Source: a virus. Taken from it: 64,000 nucleotides of DNA. The stretch lies in IMG/VR virus record IMGVR_UViG_3300026488_000015, positions 64,001 to 128,000 of that record; one strand, written 5' to 3'. Positions 10,035 through 19,929 of the stretch are shown here, piece after piece (the stretch's first letter is position 1; each line of letters starts with the position of its first letter). Below the pieces are notes generated by a model. That model was not told the DNA's origin, did not search any database, and was given only the letters and a program-made list of their open reading frames with translations. The position numbers and the translations under genes are program-made.

Positions 10035-10532
10035 TTAGTTCTTTTCCCAAAAATCAAAAGAGAATGTTACTGTGAACTCACCAATAGCATTAACTGAATC
10101 ATCAGCCATATCTAATGAACTAACAACTTGCGGCCATAAGTTTGTGAACTCATACTCAGCAGTTTCTTTACCTGCACCGTCTAGTTGAAATACTTTAGCA
10201 GTTTTCATTTCTGTTTCATCGATGTGTGTATTTGTTTTAGTATCATCGATAGCCTTCATCCAAGCAATAAATTCTTCTCTTAGTGAATGGTCTTCTGTTT
10301 CGTAGAATGTAACATCCCAAGTATAATCGAATTCTGTTTCGCCTTGTAACATTGCCTTACGACCTTGTGACCATACTTCAACTTGACCTATTGTAATCTG
10401 TGGAAAGTTTGTTGCTTTACATAATGTATCAATAGTTGCTAATGCACTTGGTGTATTTATGTTTACTTTGTATTTTGTTGTTCTAACTCCACTACCTAAT
10501 GTAGTTTTTAAATCTGAAATTGCGTTTGCCAT
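10035..10532 (-). CDS. Tail tube protein paralog 3 (gp19-like)
   Basis: LCKATNFP, GETEFDYTWDVTF, QLDGAG, LWPQVVS, EFTVTFSFDFW; own late promoter. Confidence 0.9.
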   Translation of the reverse strand: MANAISDLKTTLGSGVRTTKYKVNINTPSALATIDTLCKATNFPQITIGQVEVWSQGRKAMLQGETEFDYTWDVTFYETEDHSLREEFIAWMKAIDDTKTNTHIDETEMKTAKVFQLDGAGKETAEYEFTNLWPQVVSSLDMADDSVNAIGEFTVTFSFDFWEKN

Positions 10533-10591
10533 ATTTCTTCTCCTGTTTTGTGTGTTTATTTACAACTGTATTTATATCTTCTATATACTAC

Positions 10592-11191
10592 CTAAAATAA
10601 ACTCATAAGTCCACCAGCAGCATCTTCTGTTTCAAAAAAACTGTATGCTAGTGTGATAGTACTTGTAGTTAATTCGGATGTATTTGTGCCATCTAAAGTT
10701 AAATCAGAAATAGCAGTAGGATAAACCCCCATATATGTATGGACTAGGCTCGTTGAACCTATTAAATCTACTAATGCTTTCTTTGTCTTTGGTGTTATTT
10801 TAATTGTAGCATCGTAAGGATTAAGATAATCAGAACCCTTAACGGCATTCAACCAATTCATAAAGAATCTTCTAGTTGTAAGCTCTCTATCATTATAATA
10901 TTCTAACTCTATTGTACCCGAATAATCATCCTCTCCAGCAACAACATATTTTCTACCCCTATGATGATATTCAGTAGTAGTAAGATTCTTACCTGGCAAT
11001 GTTACTTGTTTACAAAGAACATTAATTTTAGGCGAAATATCACTACCTATACTAGCAAGCGAATCCAACATTCCACCTGATGGGTATTCTACCTCATCTG
11101 CAAGACTACCTAAGAATATTTCGACATCGTAATCATTTCCTTGAAAACCACCTGATAAATTAAATTGTAGTGTGTATGTGTTTAAAAACAT
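10592..11191 (-). CDS. Tail tube-family protein (gp19/gp54-like)
   Basis: LCKQVTLPG, RGRKYVVAG, RRFFMNW, GVYPTAISDL. Confidence 0.7.
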   Translation of the reverse strand: MFLNTYTLQFNLSGGFQGNDYDVEIFLGSLADEVEYPSGGMLDSLASIGSDISPKINVLCKQVTLPGKNLTTTEYHHRGRKYVVAGEDDYSGTIELEYYNDRELTTRRFFMNWLNAVKGSDYLNPYDATIKITPKTKKALVDLIGSTSLVHTYMGVYPTAISDLTLDGTNTSELTTSTITLAYSFFETEDAAGGLMSLF

Positions 11192-11727
11192 TATTTTTTC
11201 TCCTCTTCAATATCTGATTTAGTGAATAAACTAAAAGCAAATGTTACTGTGAACTCTAATAGTTCATTATTTTCTGAACTTAATGATACAGCACTTATTT
11301 CTGTTGGAAAAGAATTTAAAAATGTGTATTCTATATACTCTTTATTGTCATCTATCATACCACTTGAGCGTTTATGGACAACTTTTATGTCTTGGTATAC
11401 TTTTTTCTCGTTCGTATCTGATTTATCGGTATCGTATTCTTCAGAATAGAATTGCATCCACTTCATAAAGTTTTCTCTAAGACCATCTTCTGTCATATAA
11501 AATGTTATTTCTGTTGTGTTCTTATATGATACTTCTCTAGCAATCGGATATTTTACACCGTTCCAGACTTTCTCTATTTGTTTTCTTTCTATACTAGGTA
11601 GCTCAACACTTTTTGCTGAATATACTACAATAGCGGGATTCAATATACCTTCATCCATTCCAGGAAATATCACTTCAAACCTATTAGCACTGGCAAATTT
11701 GTTTATTATCGTATTAATATTAATCAT
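11191..11727 (-). CDS. Tail tube-family protein (gp19/gp54-like)
   Basis: ANRFEV, SVELP, ITFY, FMKW, FPTEISAVSLS, EFTVTFAF. Confidence 0.7.
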   Translation of the reverse strand: MININTIINKFASANRFEVIFPGMDEGILNPAIVVYSAKSVELPSIERKQIEKVWNGVKYPIAREVSYKNTTEITFYMTEDGLRENFMKWMQFYSEEYDTDKSDTNEKKVYQDIKVVHKRSSGMIDDNKEYIEYTFLNSFPTEISAVSLSSENNELLEFTVTFAFSLFTKSDIEEEKK

Positions 11728-11737
11728 ATATCATCTC

Positions 11738-12292
11738 CTAAAATAGTAAATCTAATAGACTGCCACCAGATGAGGCTTCTTTTGATTCTGCAGTTGAACT
11801 TGTGCTCGTTTCTTTAACCCAATTATATCCGAATGATACAGTAAATTCAGGTATTTCTATCGAGCTTGATGATAATGCAATCTCGCTCACACTCTTAACA
11901 AACCCATCAGAAAATGTATTAACTGTAAAACTATCAGGCACATCAATATCGTTATTGGTCATTTCTGAATTTGTCTGTTGAGTTACAATAATGTTTAAAT
12001 CTTTTACATCAGTGCTCATCATTGTTAGGAATGCTTCTCGGATATTTTCGCTCTCATCTTGTATAAAAGTCATTGACACTTCATTTGTAAAAGCAATCTC
12101 TCTAGGTATTACATATTTTATGCCGTTCAACCAATACTCTGCTTCATTTCTCGTTTGTTCAACTAATCTTAAATCTTTACATAATGTGTCTATAGCTAAA
12201 TCTACATCAGTTCCTGTTATTTGTAGTGAATATCTATTTGATGAAGCAAGATTCGGTAAAACTACTGTCAATACATCTGTTATTAATGCCAT
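11738..12292 (-). CDS. Tail tube-family protein (gp19/gp54-like)
   Basis: SNRY, LCKD, NGIKYVIPRE shared with its neighbour, EFTVSFGYNW. Confidence 0.6.
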   Translation of the reverse strand: MALITDVLTVVLPNLASSNRYSLQITGTDVDLAIDTLCKDLRLVEQTRNEAEYWLNGIKYVIPREIAFTNEVSMTFIQDESENIREAFLTMMSTDVKDLNIIVTQQTNSEMTNNDIDVPDSFTVNTFSDGFVKSVSEIALSSSSIEIPEFTVSFGYNWVKETSTSSTAESKEASSGGSLLDLLF

Positions 12293-12293
12293 C

Positions 12294-13367
12294 TTAAACT
12301 CCTATTTCTATGCTGAAATCATAAGGTTTACTCTGTAATCCTTTATTGTCTATCACTATAACTCTTATATGTGCTGAAGAATCTTCCGTAAGATTTCCTG
12401 GTGTTACATATTTAACCTTATCTTTATTCGTTTCTATGGTACCTATATCGTTATATACACTCCATACATAAGTAAAAATATCACTATCTCTATCTTTGAA
12501 GTGGACTTTTAATACAGCACTCTTACCATCATTAAGACTTACATTTCCTGATATATGAGATATAATGGGTTCTGTATTACCATCTTCATCTTCGCTTGAA
12601 ATGTTATCTATTATAGGATTATTCTGACCCATTGTTTCGAAAAATTCTTCTTTCTTATGTGAAGTTTTATTTAGTAATTCATCTACATCAAACTCGTACT
12701 TAGCACTTCTTAGTTCTTCATCGTTGGGTTTCATACCCATATAGATTTTAACTTTTTCTACTTTCTCTGCATCTTTAATCGGTGGATACATATTACCTTT
12801 TACTAAGATACTTAATGAACCTTCGATTAGTCTGATTTCATCTTCGCCGTATTCTTCAGGTAAAACAATATCTGCACTTTCTAACATAATAGGAATACTA
12901 GTTGGTTCATCTTGAATCTCTAATTCATTAACGAAAAGAGAATAACTAGGATTAAAGAAAGGTATAATTTGTTCTTGAATCATACTCATATCCATCATAG
13001 TTCTCGTAGCAATACTAATAGTGAATGAGAAATCTACTGCAACAGCATTATACTGAAACGATATTCTTTCTCCATCAATTACTTTGTTAATTTTTGTGTA
13101 TTTGTTTGTTTGTCTTTGTTTATTTGGAGTCATACTCTCAAAAGTTAATGCCATTCTAGGTAGAATATTAACATTTCCTCTAAGCATAGCTTCAGAATCT
13201 TGTTCGCTAAGAATAAAGGCTTTATCTCTCGCACCAAAAGTGATAGGTACAGTATGATGTGTAGTGGACAGACCATCGCTAGAAACTCTTTCAATTTCTA
13301 TATCATTGAAAGTGTCTAGTAAAGCCATAGTTATTTTAGAAATTGTTTTATGGTGATAAAAGGTCAT
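12294..13367 (-). CDS. Tail sheath stabilizer / tail terminator (T4 gp15-like) with C-terminal extension
   Basis: FYH.TI......F.DI, VPITFG, LPRMAL, EQIIPFFNP, KGNMYPP; start revised to ATG 13367 (AAGGAG RBS, late promoter 13388-13395). Confidence 0.85.
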   Translation of the reverse strand: MTFYHHKTISKITMALLDTFNDIEIERVSSDGLSTTHHTVPITFGARDKAFILSEQDSEAMLRGNVNILPRMALTFESMTPNKQRQTNKYTKINKVIDGERISFQYNAVAVDFSFTISIATRTMMDMSMIQEQIIPFFNPSYSLFVNELEIQDEPTSIPIMLESADIVLPEEYGEDEIRLIEGSLSILVKGNMYPPIKDAEKVEKVKIYMGMKPNDEELRSAKYEFDVDELLNKTSHKKEEFFETMGQNNPIIDNISSEDEDGNTEPIISHISGNVSLNDGKSAVLKVHFKDRDSDIFTYVWSVYNDIGTIETNKDKVKYVTPGNLTEDSSAHIRVIVIDNKGLQSKPYDFSIEIGV

Positions 13368-13395
13368 TTTGATTCTCCTTTTAGAGATATTTATA

Positions 13396-14091
13396 TTACT
13401 TATCAGGTAAGAAGCCATTAATCAAATCATTTGTTGAAAGGATATAATTATTTTGTATATTAGTAGTACCATTTTCAGAACCGTTTATGTCATCGTTCAT
13501 TTGTTCTTGACGCATATACTGCTTCAGCTTGACCTGAGTTTCTGCTACATCCTTATAGATTTTTGAAAGGAGCTGTACCTGATTAGCTACAGCTTTCATT
13601 AAGGAAGAGAATCCCTCTAATATTGTGGGAGAAATATCATCGATTGATACCATTAACATTTCATCTGTGAATTTTTTCTGAACAGCTCTACCATCAGCTA
13701 GAGAATCCAAAAGAATAGCTCTCATTTTAGCAAAATCGTTACTCAATAAATCAATATTGAATGCTGATGCTTTAATGTCCTCTGTTATTTCGTAACCAGC
13801 TTGTTTGTACTCAACAGCATCTTTCCTTACAGTATCTATACCTTCTTGTATATTGCTTGTCATAGCATCAGAGCTAACACCGAATGCGTCTGATAGCGTA
13901 TCAAATTTTGCTGCTACACCTGCTATATTTTCTTGTGAGGGGTTGTGTTCAAACTGCTCTATGATGTCGATAAATTCCTGAGTGGTTTCATCAACATCTT
14001 CTATGAGTTCTACGGTATTTACTTCTTCTAGTGTTTCTTCTAAATCACCTAGTATATCTGCTAGACCTAAATCATCTAAATTTGTATCCAT
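13396..14091 (-). CDS. Probable terminase small subunit (gp16-like)
   Basis: Helical acidic protein near the large terminase; C-terminal TTNIQNNYILSTNDL resembles the gp16-family tail. Confidence 0.5.
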   Translation of the reverse strand: MDTNLDDLGLADILGDLEETLEEVNTVELIEDVDETTQEFIDIIEQFEHNPSQENIAGVAAKFDTLSDAFGVSSDAMTSNIQEGIDTVRKDAVEYKQAGYEITEDIKASAFNIDLLSNDFAKMRAILLDSLADGRAVQKKFTDEMLMVSIDDISPTILEGFSSLMKAVANQVQLLSKIYKDVAETQVKLKQYMRQEQMNDDINGSENGTTNIQNNYILSTNDLINGFLPDK

Positions 14092-14125
14092 ATCTATTCC
14101 TTATAAAGACTCGCTTTATAAGTAT

Positions 14126-14674
14126 TTATGAATCTAGTAAATCAGCGTATTTACCTATTTTCTTAACGGCTTTAGCGTGTTTTTCTTGTGCCTTCCAAGC
14201 CTTTTCTATAATAACTTTAATTTTAGAATTCATAGGTAGTTCACGAATTTCTTCTGTGATTTTAGCACCATTCTTTATAAGCATTCTTACTGTACCAGCT
14301 TCTGTATCATAACCTTTGAGGTGGTTACCTAATGGTGTATCTCCCCATTTATTTTCCTTAGCCCAATCCATTTTCTCATTTTTGATGACCTTAAAGAATT
14401 CTGGTTTGTCTTGTTGGAATAATGTGTGTAATACTGTTGATTGGTTGTCTTCATCTTCAGCATTTAGATTACAATCTCCACTCTTTACAAGATATTTGAA
14501 AATCTTAAACGAACCTTTATTTACTGTCGTTCTATCTAAAATATTCTGATAACCTAGATAAGCATCAAGATTTCCACCGGCTTTATGCCATTTCTTAAAT
14601 TTTGTTAAATCATCTTGTTTAATGATTTCTGATACGGTTTCTAATTCTTCGCCTTCTAATATTTCTTTTTTCAT
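14126..14674 (-). CDS. Ankyrin-repeat protein with C-terminal GKYADLL tag
   Basis: NAED...STVLH, ENKWGDTPL, VRMLIKNGA ankyrin signatures. Confidence 0.75.
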   Translation of the reverse strand: MKKEILEGEELETVSEIIKQDDLTKFKKWHKAGGNLDAYLGYQNILDRTTVNKGSFKIFKYLVKSGDCNLNAEDEDNQSTVLHTLFQQDKPEFFKVIKNEKMDWAKENKWGDTPLGNHLKGYDTEAGTVRMLIKNGAKITEEIRELPMNSKIKVIIEKAWKAQEKHAKAVKKIGKYADLLDS

Positions 14675-14704
14675 TGTTATCTCCGTTTATTGGTATTTAT
14701 CGTT

Positions 14705-16645
14705 CTAAAAATTGCTAGGTCCTTCAAACCCTTGACCTCCGCCACCTGCATCGTGGATATCGAATCCGTTAAAATTCGTTGGACTCTGTGGTTTGTCTTC
14801 AAGCTCATCATTAAACCCAAGGTCGAAAAAGGCACTCATTGATTCCTGATTCACATCCTCTGCCTTCTTTTGTGCTTCAATAAGAGAAATCATACCTTGG
14901 AAGTCATCAAAGTTTTTTATCTCCAAGAATACAGCAAATGTAAGAGCTAGAGCCATTGCCATATCATCCTTGTAACCTTCTTCTGCACTGAATGAACCAT
15001 TACTCTTTTCGATGAAAGAAAATAATTGATTCACGGTTAATTCGTCCTGAATGATAAGCTTACCCTCTTCAATGAATTTTTTCATAAACGATAGAATCTG
15101 CTTCTTTGTTCTCGTAGTGGTCCTAAAACCTTGTATTTTTTTATGCGATTCTTTGTATATATTTTCGTACTCGTAGTGATAGAATAGAGCATCCACGATA
15201 GTCTGGTCAAGATTATTCTCAACGACTACCAAAGCCTCATTGTAATACATACCAAGGTCGAATACTTTTGATGGAGCCGTTAGATACGATTCCTGAAGAT
15301 TCGCACAGGCTACTTGTTTAAAAGGAAGACCAGTCACATCGATTACCTGAATACCAGCATCATCGATACCATCTTTCTTAGGGTCCACTGTTAGGATATA
15401 ATGCTTACCCGGTTCGGGTTCATTAAAGATTCGTAGACCTTGAAAAATGTTATTAAATGTTATTTCGTCCTCTTCAACCCACGATAACGATTTTAGTACT
15501 GAACCAGTGATTAGTGTAGCAGAAGAACCTAAAAATTCCCCTCCAAAGTTTTGTTCGAAATACATTTGAGAAAATTTAGCTACTGTCTCGCTTCTGAAAT
15601 CATCATTTGTTTTAGGTGAACCATCTTTATTGAAACGGGGAACGCTTGTCCACGATGCTTCTGATAAAAGATACCCATTAATACCAGTATTGAAATTTAC
15701 TGTATATACATTGTCATTCAATGCAACAGAATCAATCTGCTTAGGCATACTGTCAAGGTTGTATAGCTCTTGTACTGTCATATTCTTAGCACCGATTTTG
15801 ATATTTTCATTCTCTTTGAAATCTTTAACGGCTTTCTTACGAGCACCTTTAACGAGAGCATAGAAATGATTCATACCACCAGCAGTACTCGATAGAATAG
15901 CTTGTGAATTTTGTAGAGCGGCCTGAGCAGGGAAAACTGAATCTGAAAATTCTTCCCATAACCCATTCTTAATAAAGGCAACCTCATCCACATAAAGGAT
16001 ATGAATAGAGTAACCACGAAATGAATCTGAAGATGTAGCTGATGTAAGAACTCTCGTTCCATTATCGAATTCGATTGATTGTTTATTCCATACAGTAACA
16101 CCTGATTGAAGCCAAATAGGTAATTCTAAAAAGATTTTCTTAATCTTATCTAGTACCTCAGTTGATAGTTTTTGTACATTGGCAGCGATACCAATATTGA
16201 TATTCGGGAAGAACATTGCTTTCCATAATAGATATATAGCCGTTGTAACGGTCTTGCCTGACTGTCTAGGAAAGAATAATACAACATCTTCACCAGTCAA
16301 ATAAGCATCTTCAGCATCTTCTTGATATTGTCTAGGTTCTGGTCTTGTGATACCAGTTCTATTAACAACTTTACAATAATGTTTTCGGAAGTATTTGAAG
16401 TCGTTCATACAATGATAAATTTCATTTTTGTGTACTTCGGTAAGTGCGAGTTTTGTGTCTGTTTTCTTCATAGTCTTAGCACCATTGTACGAAATCTTTG
16501 AACCAAAAGCATCCACATAGAATCCTTCATCGTTCGTTTTCATATCAATTTTCACTAAGATAGCATCTTTCTCTCTATCAGTAAGCTCAGAGCCTTTTTT
16601 ATCTGCTAGAGCGTCGAATAAACCCTTTTCAGTAGGTTCTTGCAT
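14705..16645 (-). CDS. Terminase large subunit (T4 gp17-like)
   Basis: PRQSGKT Walker A, LYVDEVAF Walker B, SST coupling motif, LTVD nuclease Asp, VVENN, GYKDDMAMAL; likely start MQEP at 16645. Confidence 0.95.
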   Translation of the reverse strand: MQEPTEKGLFDALADKKGSELTDREKDAILVKIDMKTNDEGFYVDAFGSKISYNGAKTMKKTDTKLALTEVHKNEIYHCMNDFKYFRKHYCKVVNRTGITRPEPRQYQEDAEDAYLTGEDVVLFFPRQSGKTVTTAIYLLWKAMFFPNINIGIAANVQKLSTEVLDKIKKIFLELPIWLQSGVTVWNKQSIEFDNGTRVLTSATSSDSFRGYSIHILYVDEVAFIKNGLWEEFSDSVFPAQAALQNSQAILSSTAGGMNHFYALVKGARKKAVKDFKENENIKIGAKNMTVQELYNLDSMPKQIDSVALNDNVYTVNFNTGINGYLLSEASWTSVPRFNKDGSPKTNDDFRSETVAKFSQMYFEQNFGGEFLGSSATLITGSVLKSLSWVEEDEITFNNIFQGLRIFNEPEPGKHYILTVDPKKDGIDDAGIQVIDVTGLPFKQVACANLQESYLTAPSKVFDLGMYYNEALVVVENNLDQTIVDALFYHYEYENIYKESHKKIQGFRTTTRTKKQILSFMKKFIEEGKLIIQDELTVNQLFSFIEKSNGSFSAEEGYKDDMAMALALTFAVFLEIKNFDDFQGMISLIEAQKKAEDVNQESMSAFFDLGFNDELEDKPQSPTNFNGFDIHDAGGGGQGFEGPSNF

Positions 16646-16655
16646 AGTATTTCCT

Positions 16656-17348
16656 TTAGTTGTTCCAGTAGTTAGCAAAATCTTTCTTTGCTTTATCTAA
16701 TTCTTTGTCTATCTTATCAAAAACTTTCATAACTTTTTTAAGCATAGATAGTTCCTTTTTTGAATCTTTAATCTCTGTTTGGTATTCTACTATTCTTTCT
16801 TTAGTTGTTATTATATAATCTTCGAGATAACCTATATTAGCTATTCTTATTTCGGTTCGTTTCTTTAGCTTCTGCTGGAATGCTTTTACTGGATATTCAG
16901 TATCGTTCCTTAAACCCGACCTTAGTTCTTCTATTTCTTCCTTGTATTTTTTAATATTTTTTAATTCAGTTTCAATACCACTATCTGCTGAGTGTTGGTG
17001 GTGCTCAGTCTTCTCTATATCAAGTACCACACTCTCTCTGTCTTCATAAGGTTTTGATTCTTTGGGTAACTTGAATTTTTTAAGTAGCTTCTTCTTTTCT
17101 TCTTTCAAAAAATCTCTTAGCTCCAGTGAGTGTAAATCGCCAGCATATAAAGTTTTGCTTTTACTACTACTGGAATAATCGCTCTTATTTCGAAAAGCAC
17201 TAGATATTTGTGTAGAATGTGCATCTTTAACTTTCTTCTGAGCTATCTTAGAGAAATCTTGCTTTGAAGAATCAACACCGTATCTAGCCATCATATCTTC
17301 TATTTCTTTCTTTGACATTTCTGTTATTAAATCTTTAAAATTCTTCAT
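16656..17348 (-). CDS. Putative internal virion protein (capsid-targeting-like N-terminus MKNFKDLITE)
   Basis: N-terminal motif like T4 IP leaders; coiled coil. Confidence 0.5.
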   Translation of the reverse strand: MKNFKDLITEMSKKEIEDMMARYGVDSSKQDFSKIAQKKVKDAHSTQISSAFRNKSDYSSSSKSKTLYAGDLHSLELRDFLKEEKKKLLKKFKLPKESKPYEDRESVVLDIEKTEHHQHSADSGIETELKNIKKYKEEIEELRSGLRNDTEYPVKAFQQKLKKRTEIRIANIGYLEDYIITTKERIVEYQTEIKDSKKELSMLKKVMKVFDKIDKELDKAKKDFANYWNN

Positions 17349-17593
17349 AGTAATCCCATCTCCTTTATTTGAAAAAGTTGTTTTCCTTGAGCCTTGACTA
17401 CTAATTGTTTACCATCATAAGAAAACATTATTTCATCGTTGTTCCAATAGAAAGTTGTTGAGCCTTTCTTCTCAATCTTACCGTGTTCGCCGTCAATCCA
17501 TCTAGTAAATGATTTAGCGAAATCATTTTTGTTTACTTTATAAGATAGACCTTCATTAATAATATTTTCAGCTATTTGTTTGAATGTTACCAT
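17345..17593 (-). CDS. Putative internal virion protein (MVTFKQIAE...INEG)
   Basis: N-terminal CTS-like motif. Confidence 0.45.
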   Translation of the reverse strand: MVTFKQIAENIINEGLSYKVNKNDFAKSFTRWIDGEHGKIEKKGSTTFYWNNDEIMFSYDGKQLVVKAQGKQLFQIKEMGLL

Positions 17594-17874
17594 TTGCCAT
17601 CGTTCTCTTCAGCTTCTTCAGCGTTAAAACCATAGTTCTTGATTTCTTCTCTGATAATGTCATCTATATTTCCGATTGTGGTGTTCACTTCATTAAGAGG
17701 TGAAGCAACTTCATTCTTTAGACCTAACATTTTCATAATCTCTCTAAGGTCTTCCAAATCTTCTTGTATATCAACCATTAAATCTTCGTAGTACTCAGCC
17801 ATTTCAAATTCTTCAACATCTTTGATGTCTTCATCACGAATATCTGCTTCAGCTATATTTTTAAAACTTCTCAT
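17587..17874 (-). CDS. Putative internal virion protein, acidic (MRSFKNIAE)
   Basis: N-terminal CTS-like motif; TATAAATA at 17898-17905. Confidence 0.45.
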   Translation of the reverse strand: MRSFKNIAEADIRDEDIKDVEEFEMAEYYEDLMVDIQEDLEDLREIMKMLGLKNEVASPLNEVNTTIGNIDDIIREEIKNYGFNAEEAEENDGKW

Positions 17875-17896
17875 ATTCTTCTCCGAATGTTTATTG

Positions 17897-18238
17897 TTAT
17901 TTATAGACTTCTGCTAGTCCAAGACTAAGAAGTTCTTCATTTATATCTGTCTCTTCAACGAACACAACACCTAAATATCTACCATATTTACCTTGTTTGT
18001 CTTTTGTTGTCTTAATGAATATTTCTTTGTTCATTTCATAAGCAAGATACAATCTCTCTCTTAAATAGTCACGAGAAATAATCCCTGATTCGTACTCATC
18101 ACCTCGAAGTTCTGGTGTATCAATACCTAATAATCTAATTGTTTCGTGTTTATAGATTCCGAAACCCAAATCTAAAATAACTTGAATTGTGTCACCATCA
18201 TATATTTTGACAATTTCTTTTACTCGGTATGTGTACAT
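17897..18238 (-). CDS. Thermonuclease (staphylococcal nuclease family)
   Basis: IYDGDTI, IRLLGIDTPE, GKYGRYL, INEELL..GLA. Confidence 0.9.
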   Translation of the reverse strand: MYTYRVKEIVKIYDGDTIQVILDLGFGIYKHETIRLLGIDTPELRGDEYESGIISRDYLRERLYLAYEMNKEIFIKTTKDKQGKYGRYLGVVFVEETDINEELLSLGLAEVYK

Positions 18239-18248
18239 TGCTGACTCC

Positions 18249-18266
18249 TTTATAAATATTTATAAA
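18249..18266. promoter_or_regulatory. Palindromic bidirectional T4-type late promoter
   Basis: TTTATAAATATTTATAAA is a perfect palindrome with TATAAATA on both strands, between divergent genes. Confidence 0.7.
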
Positions 18267-18280
18267 CTACGGAGAACACA

Positions 18281-18862
18281 ATGAAATTCACAGAATTTAT
18301 AGCTGAACAAGATTTAACAGAAGAAACAGAAGATAAAATATCGATAATGATGTATATGATAGAAAATGATTCTATTCTTACGGAGAGTGATTTAGAAAAT
18401 CTTACAGAAGCACAAGAACTATTAATCATTGAAGGTGTACACGATTGGTTAAAGAAAACGGGGTTAAAACTTCATAAGGGTAACGGTATTATCGACTATG
18501 TGATTCAGTTTAGTAAAGGTGCAGGAAAACTTATAATGGCAGCATTTAAGAATGATAAAGAAGAAGTGAAGAGAATTGCAGGTACATTAAAGAAAGAACA
18601 AGTGATTGACTTTTTGTTAAAATTAGATATGGCAACGATACATATTGTTACTGGAACTATACACCGTATAGATGCTTGGACAGGATGGGATTTATCAGCG
18701 AATCTAAATGCTCTTGCTAAGAAAGCAGAAAGTTCATTACATACATTTTATAAAGCTATGAAATCTGTAAAAGATTCGTTATTATCTGTGCTAGACGGCG
18801 ATAAACAAAAAAGAATGATGAAATTAGCAGATAAAATAGAAAATAATCTTCCAGATTTATAG
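18281..18862 (+). CDS. Putative internal virion protein (MKFTEFIAE)
   Basis: Near-canonical T4 capsid-targeting sequence, GGAG RBS, late promoter. Confidence 0.6.
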   Translation: MKFTEFIAEQDLTEETEDKISIMMYMIENDSILTESDLENLTEAQELLIIEGVHDWLKKTGLKLHKGNGIIDYVIQFSKGAGKLIMAAFKNDKEEVKRIAGTLKKEQVIDFLLKLDMATIHIVTGTIHRIDAWTGWDLSANLNALAKKAESSLHTFYKAMKSVKDSLLSVLDGDKQKRMMKLADKIENNLPDL

Positions 18863-18874
18863 GAAGATTATTTT
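18841..18874. terminator. Probable bidirectional intrinsic terminator
   Basis: AAATAATCTTCC-N9-GGAAGATTATTT inverted repeat between convergent genes. Confidence 0.55.
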
Positions 18875-18880
18875 ACTGAG

Positions 18881-19330
18881 CTAAGGCTTAACGAGTTCGA
18901 AATGCGGTAAATCATCAAAACTCTGGTCTCTAAATGTATCATCTCCATCCCAATCTAACCCAAAACGAACCTTGTGATTAATGGCACCTTGAGCATATAA
19001 ATCTTCTGATATTGCTTTAACCATACCCATCATCATATAAAATCTAGCATTGTCTTTAGTGTTATTACTAAAAGCATTTGAACCTTTCTTGTACGGCATA
19101 ATATCTACTGCGTAAGAAAAACCATCACCTTTATCTTGATGTTTAGATTTCTTTTTGATACCATCAAGCTTTGAACGGCCTTCGTTAAATAACATTTGTT
19201 GTCGTTCTTCAGTTCTAAGACCTTCGAGGACACTAAAATCGTAAAACTTAATGAGGACATTAAGAATTGCTTGAATGTCTTCGTGGCAAGTAACTAGTTG
19301 AGCTTCTGATTTTCTTCCAAAATTATACAT
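18881..19330 (-). CDS. Endolysin, M15 L-Ala-D-Glu peptidase (T5 endolysin-like)
   Basis: FG.KS..QL..CH.D, EGLRT.ERQ..L, SKH, AVDI, GLDW, DLPHFEL. Confidence 0.9.
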   Translation of the reverse strand: MYNFGRKSEAQLVTCHEDIQAILNVLIKFYDFSVLEGLRTEERQQMLFNEGRSKLDGIKKKSKHQDKGDGFSYAVDIMPYKKGSNAFSNNTKDNARFYMMMGMVKAISEDLYAQGAINHKVRFGLDWDGDDTFRDQSFDDLPHFELVKP

Positions 19331-19338
19331 ATTATCCT

Positions 19339-19929
19339 CTATTTTTTAAGTTTCTTTAAAAACTTTAATGATGGTAAGAATACCATTTCGATTGTCTTAC
19401 CTCTTTTAGAAGCAGATACAGTAAATTCTTCTGTTTCAAATTCTAATTCGTTATAATCTTTATCAAGAATTTTCTCTTTCATACCACCTTTCTCTAAAGC
19501 AGCAGCAAGTTTCATTAACCAACCTCTTGGTGGTTTAGATACATCGATGAAAATTTCTTTAGCATCATCTGTGTCCATCCAAATCGGGTCATCTTTTCTT
19601 ACTAATTTGTTTGTCTTACCAAAATTCTTATTGATTGAATCAACAACTTTCGCTACAGATTCAGCAGGTAAAGAACCTACATCAGCACCTTCTGTTAGTG
19701 AAACTGACCAAGACTTTGTGTATTTTTTAAATTTAGTAGGAATTTCAATTATACTATCATCAGCATAACTCCAATCTTTGTCTTTTAAACCATATTGCTT
19801 AAGACTATCTATGAAATAGAAAAAGTCATCATTTTCTTGTTCTTGTCCATCTGAATAAGTGCCAATTAAGTCACTCACATTTACTTTTAATGTTTTCTCT
19901 TCATTTACGAATTTACTAAATTTTATCAT
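19339..19929 (-). CDS. Putative internal virion protein (MIKFSKFVNE)
   Basis: CTS-like leader, internal LTEG site. Confidence 0.55.
   Translation of the reverse strand: MIKFSKFVNEEKTLKVNVSDLIGTYSDGQEQENDDFFYFIDSLKQYGLKDKDWSYADDSIIEIPTKFKKYTKSWSVSLTEGADVGSLPAESVAKVVDSINKNFGKTNKLVRKDDPIWMDTDDAKEIFIDVSKPPRGWLMKLAAALEKGGMKEKILDKDYNELEFETEEFTVSASKRGKTIEMVFLPSLKFLKKLKK

Noticed and set aside
11738-11761. C-terminal SLLDLLF resembling the T4 sliding-clamp binding motif
   Set aside because: It occurs on a tail-tube-family structural protein as a single instance; likely coincidence.
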